Below are positions 11,932 through 23,343 of a DNA stretch of 64,000 nucleotides, piece after piece (the first letter of the stretch is position 1; each line of letters starts with the position of its first letter). Under the pieces are notes generated by a model. That model was not told where the DNA came from. It made no database searches and saw nothing but the letters and a program-made list of their open reading frames with translations. The DNA lies in contig CM039009.1 of the NCBI GenBank assembly GCA_017499595.2, positions 1,426,001 through 1,490,000 of the forward strand, in the 5' to 3' direction. The translations under genes were made by a program, and so were the position numbers. This DNA comes from Psilocybe cubensis (taxonomy: Eukaryota).

Positions 11932-13689
11932 CTATGTGTCGAAAGGTTTTGTGCGTTCGCCCAGATCGACAATCAACTTGCCTTCTTCAGAGCATGGTGT
12001 GTTACTGTCGAGCATATGTCCTCGGCCGGCAAAACTCCGCACAGAGGGAACGGAATATGCAATAGCGTTCATACACGCCCAGTTGTACTGATGTCCTACT
12101 TTAAACTCCCAGTGCATAATTGAAATGTCGGAGAGCAGCCAAGTTCTGTACCGCCATCGGTCGTTATCAAGGTCGACAGCATAGTTGGCCAGAGCCTCCG
12201 AAAACCCGTCCTATCACAGTAAGATATTCATCAATCGCACCACCCATCAACAATCCTGAAGAAACTAACTCACCACATCATTGTTACGGCGATCGGTAGC
12301 ATCTTCTGATTTGACGATCGTTTCAACATCCAGGGAAAGGGAATTGAGAGCGGGGCAGACTTTCGCAATGTGATCAATGAGTTGCGGTGTCAATAGTTGG
12401 GCAAAGAGAGACAGCCTCTTGAGGCGATAACTAGGGAAAAGCCTCAATATTGCCTTGACCTCATCAAGCTTCAGGCTACGATCTTTCAGCGTCAGAGATG
12501 TGAGGCTGGTCCCCAACCTCGCAATACTGTAATATAAAGGGTCTGTCGCACCAACTGCCATAGGGATATGCAACCCTAACTCCAGAGTGTGCATGGCGGG
12601 GAGTGTGATGTTTCGAAACAATTTGTGCTTCCCGTCGAACGTACTAAACCCATCATACGCGCAGTCTGTACAGCAACGTATGTAGCGTATACTAAAATTC
12701 TGCAGCTTTGGATGGTTCTGAAGAAACTGATTGAAGCCGGATGGGTCGGGGAGATGTCGGGCGTCAAGGGGCATTCCAATGGACAGATGAGTCAGGTGCG
12801 GAAGGATCCCTAAAAGCTGGAAAATAAGGGATAAGTCCTGATGTCCGATCGTCTTTAAAGAAAGCCGTCGGAGTGTCGATGCGTGGTTGTTGATGAAGTA
12901 CGGAACGATGGTATCGCCAGGGTGTCCGCGAGCGTTATCGCACCTCAGCACCAAGGTCAGTTCTTCCAGATTGGGCAGGGATCCACAATATTTGACGGCG
13001 TCGTTCATTTTGTAGACCTGGATATCTATGGATAGTCGTTGAAGGTTCTGGCCAATGTGTTTCCAAATTTCCGGGAAGAATGCGAACGTCCACGCATCGC
13101 CACCAACGCCCTTGTCGTAATACCAGTCAATCCGCATTTCCTCCACTCGGGTTAGATTTCGGATGGCGTCAAAAAACATTTGCCGGCGCTCGTGGGCCGA
13201 ACCTGAAGACTTTACACCAGCTCGCGATGAGGGTACAGATGGCGATCTGCGGTGTCCAAGCAATTCTCCAACATACTCGCGACCTCTCATCAGATATCGA
13301 GCGTGTTTGAACTTTGGGCTGGGGGATCGATTACGTGTAGATCCTTCGTCGTCCGATGAATCCTCTCCACCTTTTCCTCCAATAGCATCTCGGATTGCTC
13401 CTGGCCAAAGGGTCAACACTCGAACCCTTTCAGCCAGACTTGTGCTGCTAGAAATATAGAAGAAAATTCAGAGATCGATAACGGAAAAAAATTGGATCGA
13501 AACTCACTTTAATGCCTGTACCTTCTCTGTGAACACACGAGTATCCGAGCTAATGAAGCTTAATTGGTTGTACAGCTGATCCATAATCGCCTCGAAGAAC
13601 AACCTGTTCACTCCAGCAAACCTCGGGAGGTCGTAGGGCGGTATGTAGTCAGCGATATGGATCCAAAGCTCGAACGGAAGTGCCGGCAT
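11932..13689 (-). CDS. F-box protein with an LRR/RNI-like body, 3 exons
   Basis: N-terminal MPALPFELWIHIADYIPPYDLPRFAGVNRLF; LRR-like LPNLEELTL, LRRLSLK, LPHLTHLSI, LKRLSL. GTGAGT donors at ~13507 and ~12273. Confidence 0.85.
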
Positions 13690-14534
13690 CTTGTCCTTGG
13701 AGTATTTGTATATATAAGGCCTCGTTTCAGGACGGATTTCGAAACGCGCCGCCGGTGTCGGTACAAGGCGAGGTGAAAATGATGGGCTTGACTGCAGGGT
13801 TCAGCGAGTGTGTAGCGGAGAGGATATCCAAAACCCTTGTAGTTGCCCTAGATGCTTTGAAGGGTTATCCTATCGACGGCTGTGCGTTTGCAGGACATAG
13901 TGAATTGCGCAATCAGTGTCATGTTGAACGCTGTATACTGCCTGTTCTGGTCAAGACTCGACAAGTGATGTTCCTTGTGCGCTATAAATGGTGCGCCGGT
14001 GGTCGCCGATGGCGGTGAGCGCTCCGGTAATCACACGACACTTTCAGTTTCTCCACTCAATAGCTCGATTGTATTATCTGATAGGCCAAATGACCTGGTT
14101 ACTCAAAGAACGGCGTGAGTGGTGACATTTTCTTGCGATAGTATAAACCTCCTCTGGCGGGTAAAGCAGTACTTGGTGAAATATTATCAGCAAATTTAGC
14201 CCTACTTACTCCCGCATTTTGCTATCTTTAGATACAACATAAAAGCATAGCTTTGGATGGACAATTGGCGGACTTATCTCTCGATCTTTCATCTCGCGTG
14301 TAAATCTATGGATCACAGTGTTTTGCGGATCACCCCTTGAAATCAGGTATTGGCTTTGTACTCACGATACCCCGACATCTGCCCGACAAGCACTTGATTT
14401 CATATAGTGGCATGCCGCAGGTCTACTACTTACTATTGCCTTACTGTCATGTCACGAATACAAAAATTCATATTGCGTGAACAATCCAATAAATTATTTG
14501 ATCGAATCTACGAAATCATTGGGTTGCTTTTAGC

Positions 14535-14913
14535 TCACTTAACCCATTCCATTTGAGCTCTTGTCTTCCATGAAATTTCCTCTTCCATACCGGTTTCCAT
14601 GGAATCTATATAGACAGAGGTAAAGATAATCATAGCACTCTCCGCATATGTACCTGGTCGGCGCCTCCAGCTCTCATTGGTTTCCAATCCGTTACGTTTT
14701 CGGTGTCGAAAGATTAGAAGGATAACGCGGTTTGAAAAGATGGAATGCAAAGTGCGTTGTACTGGTAGGAACATTGGCTTGAATGCATACTGTATACACC
14801 ATTACTCGGAAGAAAAATGGCGGAGTGGATGATTGTACTTACTGGTGCTGCTAATATCACAATCCCGTTTGCCATGCTTATTGCTGTATTAGATGGTTTA
14901 GGTTAATGCAAAC

Positions 14914-14949
<36 letters not shown>

Positions 14950-17699
14950 TTTATGTTATAGCCTCTGAGGGGTGGGCCCCTCCCTTGGCTTAGTACTACC
15001 ATTACAGTTTCTCTATATAGGTTGTAATCCTACTGTTCCATGTGTACTGTGTAAAGGAATAAGAAGTGTTGCTTATGAGAGATTACTAACATTTATTGCG
15101 GCGTGGTGTTTTCTGCGTGGGGTGCTGGAGTTGGAGTTGAAGGTTGAGGTTTCCTCTTCCGCTCCCGATATCGAGAGACTCGACACCAGGAGCCAAAGAG
15201 AAAAATGCCAGAGTGATAGAGCCGTTCTGTGATGTTCTTGTCTTCAAACCTAATGAGAATAGAAAGTCGGTCCTTCTGGAACTCCTCCCCATCGCGACAA
15301 AGAGCCCGTATTTGCCCTCGGATATCCTGCCTAGATACCCCTGCCTCATTTTCAAGTAATGACCATATGCTGTTTTTTGGAGTGGCGGAGTCGAAAGAGT
15401 CGCGAAGTGAATCGGCTGGGAGATCATGGACCACTATACCATGCCATGGCACATCCGAGTGAACTGTGGGTGGGTCACCAATAGTTGAATCAAAATTAGG
15501 AAAGCAATCGGAGGCCTGAGCTGCTTGAAGAATAGTCATCGGGCGAGCTTTTATTCTAGCAGTTCCAGTGTCGTTTGCAGTGTGGATAATGAGCCTTCCT
15601 GATTTTGAGACATTAGCTCCGAGAACATGACGAGGGGGGTCCCGTGACATTGGTGAGAGCTCGCTATTGAGTCGCTCCACAAAATCAGTGAGTGGACCAG
15701 ATGGCTGTGTAAGTGGAAAGTCATCCCAGGATGCAATAAGGCGATTATTTGAGGAGTAATGGCGGGTTGGACGAGTGACGTGAGGGCGGGTCTTAACAGG
15801 GCCTCCAGCAATTGGGGCTGGGGATGTCCTCTGCGGCGTGTGAGCTGGCTGAGCCACTGGTGTAGTTTTGGCCACTGTAGCGTATGACCGGGGCTCAGTA
15901 ACCCTTTCAGGGTTTTGGGGGTGATATTCCGGGTCTGCCGGGAATAAGGTTGAGTGTAGCAGCAGAGCGGCGTGCATCGTTCGGTCACTGAGTGTGACGG
16001 TACCGTGAGAAATGCTCTGTATAATCGCGACCGTTGCCAGAATGGAGTCCAGCAGCGTCTCGAGGTGAGCAACCTGTCCGGCAACAATGTCCGAAGACAC
16101 AGCTGGCGGGGGCAGAGTAGATGGGGGTGCAGCATCGGTGTTTGGGGCACTGTGTGGGTCCGCCAATGGTATGGGTGTGTTGACAGAGTGCTGTGGAGAG
16201 GGACCCGGAGGGGCATCCACTGATTTCCGAGGGTGAGTTCTGCCTTTCTTTATAAGGCGCTTCGTATGGGGTGACCTCTTGGTCTGTAGCAGCTTTCGGC
16301 CATCACTCTCTGACTCTGTTGGGCCTGGGGTTGAGTCTGGAGAGCGCTGTCGCCGTGTACCCAGCAGCGGGGCCGGTGAGCTGGCACGCTGACCATGTTG
16401 ATGGTGGTGGTTAGTGCGTGAGAACATCCTAATGCAAACTATATGGAGTCTAACACACTTACCAAGCATGCAAATACAGTATACAATGCCGTTTTTATAC
16501 AGCTGAGATACCCACAGGGGAGAAAGTCGAGTAACTAGACGGTTGGAAATGTGTCATCAATTTCTACTGTGTGAAAAAACATCCCACCAACTTACCGTGC
16601 TGGTTTGCTTTGATGACTGTCAAAATGACAGTTACTTGAAATCAAAGCCAGAAAAGTAAGCGATGAGAATATCTTTCGATGGTTGTATAGACGTACACGC
16701 CTCGCCCACAAACACCAGTACATAGAGGCCTAGTAAAGCAAACCGTCGTTCCCTGTCCAATGTGATGGCGGCTAATGCACACTGTTGGCGCCGTACCACA
16801 TCCGTAGCAGTGGAGGAAATAGCTCGCATATTACGAACATCAAGGTATGTCTTCCATGCTGTCACACTTAGCATCCCGCTAAGCAGAGTCTTTTCAACGG
16901 GAAAAAGTCAGCTTTGCGAGATTCGAACGTGGGCACCGTAGGAATACTTGCAATGGCGACGGGCGTCAAAACCCTCAAAATCAGGCGCCGGCGTCCCCAT
17001 AACGCGTATGTACGAAGAAGCATTATGACTACCGGAGGTTTATTCAGTGAAGAATATGTGTATTCTGCCGGCAAAACACTTACGCTGTGAGATAATGAGG
17101 CCAACAGTGACAAGCCCTACAGGGACAATTAATATGGCCCATTAACTAAGAACAAAGGAACTTACAGAAGGTCACAGGGTAAAGAAATAGACACTCCTAA
17201 TAAATTCAATTTTTACTCGAGAATCTACAAAACTGAAGTCCTGGGAATCAAACCATTATGGGGAGTGGACCCGCCAAAACAGCTGAAATATGTTATATCA
17301 AAATAGATCTTGCGGAAAAATGCTGAAACACTCACGTCGCAGGAATAGAAAAATATCCAATATGGGCAAGTATCGATTAAGGTAAAAGAGAGTCAATCCC
17401 AAAGACCATTGCGACGACCAGACATCGTCGATCTTTGATGGAGATGAAACGTATCAGGGTGTCATTGTTGGTGACATAGTCTGAGCTCAAAAAGTACCTC
17501 AGCTTCAAGAGTACAGAAATAATCATAAATCTGTGTGCAAAAGAACTCAATACTCCACGTCCAAGGTAATCTGAGGGGGGAGAGGACGTACTAGAACTGT
17601 GTAACTGACAAACCAAAAGCTTAAACATGCCCTCGCAGGTGGCATAGCTGATAGCGCTGGACTAAGGGCTGCGCGTGCTGAGATAGGAAGTGGTCCCAT
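14535..17699 (-). CDS. DUF6533-type multi-pass membrane protein (many small exons); one intron carries a retroelement
   Basis: MGPLP...WFVSYTVL / IYDYFCTLEAE / ...IMLLRTYALWGRRRLIL / ...WVSQLYKNGIVYCICML / ...PVQRTLHSIFSNRVILLI...RAQMEWVK*. The YDY..TL..E and LRTYALW motifs are typical of DUF6533. Paralog of 37644..39355. Confidence 0.75.
14916..16429 (-). mobile_element. Non-autonomous non-LTR retroelement encoding ORF1 only (HAL1-like), with poly(A) tail and TSD
   Basis: 32-nt T run at 14916-14947 is the poly(A) on the minus strand. Direct repeat TAATGCAAACTA(T) at 14904-14915/6 and 16430-16441/2. Single 444-aa ORF, ~145-nt 3' UTR, no RT or endonuclease. Confidence 0.9.
15093..16427 (-). 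CDS. LINE (Tad1-like) ORF1/Gag-like nucleic-acid-binding protein lacking the CCHC knuckle
   Basis: Motifs RSYATVAK, VLGANVSKSGRLIIHT, PWHGIVVHDLP and SILIRFED...GIFLFGSWCRVSRY resemble fungal LINE ORF1. First ATG inside the element is at 16427. Confidence 0.75.
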   Translation of the reverse strand: MFSRTNHHHQHGQRASSPAPLLGTRRQRSPDSTPGPTESESDGRKLLQTKRSPHTKRLIKKGRTHPRKSVDAPPGPSPQHSVNTPIPLADPHSAPNTDAAPPSTLPPPAVSSDIVAGQVAHLETLLDSILATVAIIQSISHGTVTLSDRTMHAALLLHSTLFPADPEYHPQNPERVTEPRSYATVAKTTPVAQPAHTPQRTSPAPIAGGPVKTRPHVTRPTRHYSSNNRLIASWDDFPLTQPSGPLTDFVERLNSELSPMSRDPPRHVLGANVSKSGRLIIHTANDTGTARIKARPMTILQAAQASDCFPNFDSTIGDPPTVHSDVPWHGIVVHDLPADSLRDSFDSATPKNSIWSLLENEAGVSRQDIRGQIRALCRDGEEFQKDRLSILIRFEDKNITERLYHSGIFLFGSWCRVSRYRERKRKPQPSTPTPAPHAENTTPQ

Positions 17700-18840
17700 A
17701 ATTGAATGTAGTAAATAAGCAAGAACCATTTCGATTTGGACCGGCTTTCATGGGATGTCTGAGGAGAAATACACCTGGTTTCTGACCTTTCCGCGTGTAT
17801 TGAGAAATGATTCAGGACGTACACGATTTTTCAATGGCACGCAAAGCCGACAATGTCGAAGGTGGAGATCAAATCCGATGAGTGAACAAAAAAGAAATGG
17901 GACAAAGCTTTTATTGGGTCCCGCTTGCTTACTGTTTGGTCAGTAACATGGTCGGTTTTGACGGCATGGGTAGGGCTGCTTCACCGAGAGAGTAATACTA
18001 ATAAATGTATGGTTTCGGCAGTTTCCAGGTACCTGACATACCCGTAACGCGTAAATGGCCGTTTGAGGCTTGACCTCTAGCCATTGATTGGCAGTACGTA
18101 ACCGACTTGATATCGAACGCGCTAATTTTTGTCCCAATAAACTTGTTGCGTATAGTTGAGTCGCTTCAAGAAGGGCTTGGCACTTCGGTTTATATCACTG
18201 TCTCAGAGATCGCATAAGTACAGTAGATGTTCAAGTTTTCAGTACCGTATTTTTGGAATTTCCGTTTGACTGTTGACAGCAGCTGATTTGCAGCTGACAT
18301 GGATCGGTCACTAAGGGTAAATATTAATTTGGGATTTCCCCACCGACCCACAACTGGTACAATTTGAATTTTTAGAAAGCATCAAGTTAGTGCTCATAAA
18401 ACCTTGTAATGTTGATCATTGGCAGCAAAATTGATAACCGGAACCGGTGAGGTGTAGCCAACAGCTATGGAAATGAATCAGAATTTCCATGAGATCAGAC
18501 TGTCGCAGTACGTGAACGTATTGCAAATTTAAATTGTTTGATAAGGGGCCAATGTTTTACGGCGGACGATCGTTGGGTTCTGTGTTATATGGCTGTACGA
18601 GCACCTATATTGATAAGAATCACTGCAAGGAGTAGATATTCATCAGTAAGAAAAATGTGATCCTGTAACGAAGAGAACGAATCAGGAACTGGTTATCCAA
18701 TTGCCTCTTTACACCCTTCAAGTTTAAATAAGCGCCCAGAGCATAATCTGAAACTTTGTTGTTTCTTCGTCAGACACAAATAGGAAAACAAGTTGGTAGA
18801 AGTATGTCTATAATCTCTACATGTTTTTCATGAAAGGCCT

Positions 18841-21345
18841 CTATCTCGATGTATACACACCCCAGCCATTCATGATAAAGAAAAGCCATCGCAGCCTGTC
18901 CGGTCGCAACAAATGAAATCCAAGTAGCCAAATAGCTGAACAAAAAGACACTGTCAGCGACTGGGCCATATGGTCCTCACTAAGAGATGCACTTACTCAA
19001 TTCCATATAGGTGAAGAACCCTAAAGCACCGCCGGTGGCGCCGCGTTTGATAAAGCGGAGGACGTCCACCCAAAGCTTCATATCCTTAGGGGTTGGCCGT
19101 GCACTTTTGTCCAATAGGAGAGTGAGGAGAATGCGAGTGTCTAAATAAAGGCAACATTGAATTTGGTGAGAAGGACATGCCAAACCCATAGCAACCTACA
19201 TATTCCAATATGACTGCGGACGTTGGAATTGGGCATCAGAATCGGGAAGGAAAATCGCATATACAGTTTCTTACAAATGTCCACTGCGTCGAAATTTCAA
19301 TAGACGGTAGCGACAAGAAAAAGAAGAGATTTACACAGTTCCAATGGCGTTCATGTATGCAGAATTTGTCATTAGAATAGACCAGTCTTCCGTTGAAAAG
19401 TTTTGAAGGTATAAGTCGGGGCGCTACAGAAAGTGCGTTAAGTGTTGGTATAGGAGACCTGTAAGTAGAGGTATTGCGAACCTGGTAACCATCCGGGAAT
19501 AAATCTTGAGGTAAGAAGTCAATTGACGGTTTTTTGTATCCGGTCGCGAGTATGATAACATCGGCTTCGACGAGTTTCTCTTCGCCCTGCTGAATTTCTT
19601 CGACAAAAGAACTTGGCTTCATGTTGGCTTTGTTCTCCAATCGCCTGCTCTTTTTACGGGCTTCTGTTACAACACCCTTACTGGTTAGACGGATGGGTGA
19701 TCCCCTGACGTAGTGGCAGCGTCCTGTGCGTACGTGTGAGAGGAACACGTCATTTACAACCTAGATTAAAATCTTTACGTCAGATCCCAGCCAAAATCCA
19801 ATTGTTAAATGTTCTGTTTACTGGTGTGCCCTCATATATCCCGGTCGTCTTCGGAATTAATTCCTCTATTCCATGATACTGAAAGTATCTTAAGAAAGTC
19901 TCCCACAGGAAGCTGAAGAAAGGATTGCGTTGGAATAAGATACAACAGGTAAAAGGGACCTTCACGCGCACCTTAGGGGCATTTCTCGTCCAAACGGCTG
20001 TCCCGCAATGCAGGTGTCGATAATGATATTACGAGGGATAATCCATTTGTCGTCGCGGGCAATCATCGTTACCTCAACGCCTTTGGTCTGGCTTTGGTCT
20101 TTTTCACCCTTGGAGGACTGGCCTTGATGATCGACAACACTACCAAATTTATCGATCACGGTCTCAACGGCCTCTACCCCGCTGGCCCCGCTTCCAATGA
20201 CCACAACGCGCTCACCTCCTTTGAGTTTAAAGGTGGGAGAGTCAAGCTCGGAGGAATGGATTATAGTTTTCATGAACTTGTCCCCGTGCTCCTTCTGGAC
20301 GTCCTCGCCAGGTTCAGGTAAAGGAGGGAATTCATTGTCATTATGCAAATCCGGAGAGGGCGAGTCTTGTGATGGATGCCAAGGATCGTTCGTGTCTTCC
20401 TTCTCTTTGGATTTGTTCGTTTCATTCGCAATTTTGTCAGGCATGCCAGGGAGAGTAATCCAATTTGGTTCCCCGCATGTACCAATGGTTACAATGACAG
20501 CGTCAAAAACACCCTCCTTCCCGTCATTGATTAGCCACCTGGTCCTGTCAGGATCGCTTTCCCATTCGCGTTTATCCTTGGGTTCTGGCGCTCTGCTCAC
20601 GCATGTGACTTTGGTCTGTTAAATTGAGCATGAGTAATTTACATGCGAAAAGAAAACATGGTTTCGGTACGTCAAAACGCGTTCTTGTGTCGAGGTGGTA
20701 CTCTTTCCAAATTCTTCGAATCTCTTTAGAAGCGGGTTAGAACGAAAAACTACGGGCGAATGGTGAACAATGACATACCCCCAAGGATTTCGTCTCTGAG
20801 AGGAAACGCCTTGCTCCAGATAATCGCGGGGTGAAAGCGATAAAGTAATGAATTCAACTGGAGGCCGGAGGTCGTGTTTACGTGTGACCAAATCCCCCCA
20901 ACGCTGTCTTTCGATCCCGCTTCGAAAATCACCACTTCGAACCCATGTGAAATTGCATGCCTAATGGGACGTGGAACGCTGAGCTCATTCACGCCGAGGG
21001 TAGTTTATGACCTACGCAGCTGAACTAATGCCAGTTACTCCAGCTCCAATGACGGCTATTCTTCCGTGAGGTTTGGATATGCTATCGGAACGTTTGGGAG
21101 GCGGCTAGGTAGGATGGAGACGGCAGAGAAATCAGTGAAAGAAAGCATAAACATTTCAGACTTACCGCCTTGAAGAGGTAAACAATGACAAGTTGTGTCA
21201 GGATATAGGAAATTCGCCACAAATATTTGAAGATCCTCATTGGACTCGCCAACGCAAAGAATTGACTCCCGTGATATAGCTTGGCGGATTCATCGAGAAA
21301 TTCGTTTGTGGTCTGGTAAATTGGTTTGTGCGCGTCAGATAACAT
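18841..21345 (-). CDS. Flavin-containing monooxygenase (FMO/BVMO-like FAD/NAD(P)-binding protein), multi-exon
   Basis: FAD Rossmann GRIAVIGAGVTGISSAA-HAISHGFEVVIFEAG..VGGIW; IIHSSEL; second Rossmann VVVIGSGASGVE; ADVIILATGY; last exon ends WLFFIMNGWGVYTSR*. Confidence 0.9.
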
Positions 21346-21767
21346 TGGACGGAAGTTGGAGAACAGGATATGCAATACCAAACGACTTATGAGGAGCGAG
21401 AGAGTTGTGATGTCAGAATTTCATGACGTCATGTATTGACAGTTTCGAAGGATCTCCATTTTAGTCGCATATAGGATGGATCAGATACAAAATATAGAAT
21501 AGAACAGTAGTGCGCTGGCTGCTCAAAGGATTGGTGGACATGGGCGAATGCATTGATGAGCTTCTCGTTGCCATGCAAAGTCCAACAACAACATTTTGGC
21601 ATGTACACGTGCTGTGACGAGGCGCGTCAGGACAATTAAATGACGCGTCTTCCAACAGGGGTTTTGATCTTCAAGGGCTTCGACATAACGATATGTCAAT
21701 TTATACCCCAATTATTTATTCTAAACTCGAAGTGGGTACGTTATCTCTACCATTCTCCCGTGTAATC

Positions 21768-22252
21768 CTAGAGTTTACTAAGCTTCCCCAAGGTAAACAG
21801 CTTCAAGGTTTCGGCCTTCAATGTCGTAGACAAATGCACCATAATAAGTTGGTCCGTAGTGAGGGCGCAAGCCAGGGGCTCCATTATCTTTTGCGCCAGC
21901 AGCACTGGTTTAAGTTAGTCTCGAAAATGCGAAGGTCACCCAACAATGAATATTCTCACATGGCTGCTTCGTAGAATTGATCGACTTCATCACGGCTCTT
22001 AGCACTAAACGCGAGATGAATGAATTCTCCAGCTGGACCGGACTGCGGTGGAAGTGCTTTCTTCTCTTCTTCCGTCTTGCGCGCGTTCACTTCAGAAATC
22101 CAAAAATCGGGATAGTGTTCTCCCAAACCGAGGACCTTGTCATCTAGGAAAGTGACTTGGACCGTGTATCCCAAGGGCTTGAGGGCAGCTTCGTAGAAGG
22201 CGCGTGCCTTGCTGATATCTTGCACGGTAATACCAAGATGGGCTAACGGCAT
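21768..22252 (-). CDS. Glyoxalase/bleomycin-resistance/dioxygenase (VOC) family protein, 2 exons
   Basis: MPLAHLGITVQDISKARAFYEAALKPLG...HLAFSAKSRDEVDQFYEAA / AAGAKDNGAPGLRPHYGPTYYGAFVYDIEGRNLEAV. Confidence 0.92.
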
Positions 22253-23343
22253 GTTGCTTTGTTATAGTCGTGAAGTGGATAATATGGTTGTCGTCTCAAC
22301 TTCTGGGCACAAATGGCCTTTTCTTCTCCGCCTTTTATAGAATTCAGAGCTAGTCAGCTGATTCTGGCGTTTGACTCATGGCTCGGTTCCATTGTGATTG
22401 GAAGTTTGAATTCGCGCTTTGTTCCCACTCGATTCGCAATCCACTTGAAATGGGAGTTAATGCTCGAAGCGCTTCCCCTTATTAGGATACTATTATACTA
22501 TCCATACTATAGCCTAACCACATCTTATTCTTATAGAATTCGTGGAAGCATCCAGTCGGTGAGTATCAACCTCTGAGCTTAGGAATGAGAAAATGTCTTG
22601 AAATTTCGGGATCGTGGTTTGCTTGATCCTTGTTGTTGATTCATGAACATTCGATCACCAAAACTGGTTTTCATCATTGAAACGTATGCTTGGGCCGAAG
22701 CATCCAGAAAGATAACCTTAGATGAGTAGGGGTGTTAATTGATTGTTAATTGATTGCAATAAGCGCGTACGCATCCTTGGGTGTTAGTCCGTGGTCCCCT
22801 GCACAATATCTATTCCAATCATATTAGCTTATCCTCTTAGCTTCTCCTAGATTTCATGCCTATAGCTCTTGAGGGAACGATTGCAAGTTAGCATAGAATA
22901 TTTCTAAATAATTCTTTCCTTTGAATTTGATCCATTCGTCGATAATTATCGATGAATGTACTTCAATGCGGTTTTATTATGGTTCTATCATTCCCACGTA
23001 TCCGTATTGTTGCGAAGGACATACGGATGACAAATTTCGTTTTACATGATCACAATCCGGATACGTACCGGTACCCAATCCTTGCGGGATGTTTCGACGG
23101 AACGGCGATTATTATCCGCAATATGCATACCGATTTGAACTTGGGCTGCTTTTTACTTAAAAGTTGAACGCCTTACATTTTCCTTGAGATAAGATTAGAT
23201 GAACTTCTTATCTTATCTATGGTCATATGACTCATTACGCTGGACAGTGACGCGTCCTTGAGGCGTATTGATGCCTTCGACTTTAACTCTTCGACTTTTA
23301 ACTAATTCATCTCCACAAAAGATCTTTTGCTTTTTATTCAAAG

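Noticed and set aside
16428-16469. Track start codon (16469) for the 458-aa ORF
   Set aside because: It lies outside the TSD-bounded element, in the host exon and intron. The element's own first ATG is 16427.
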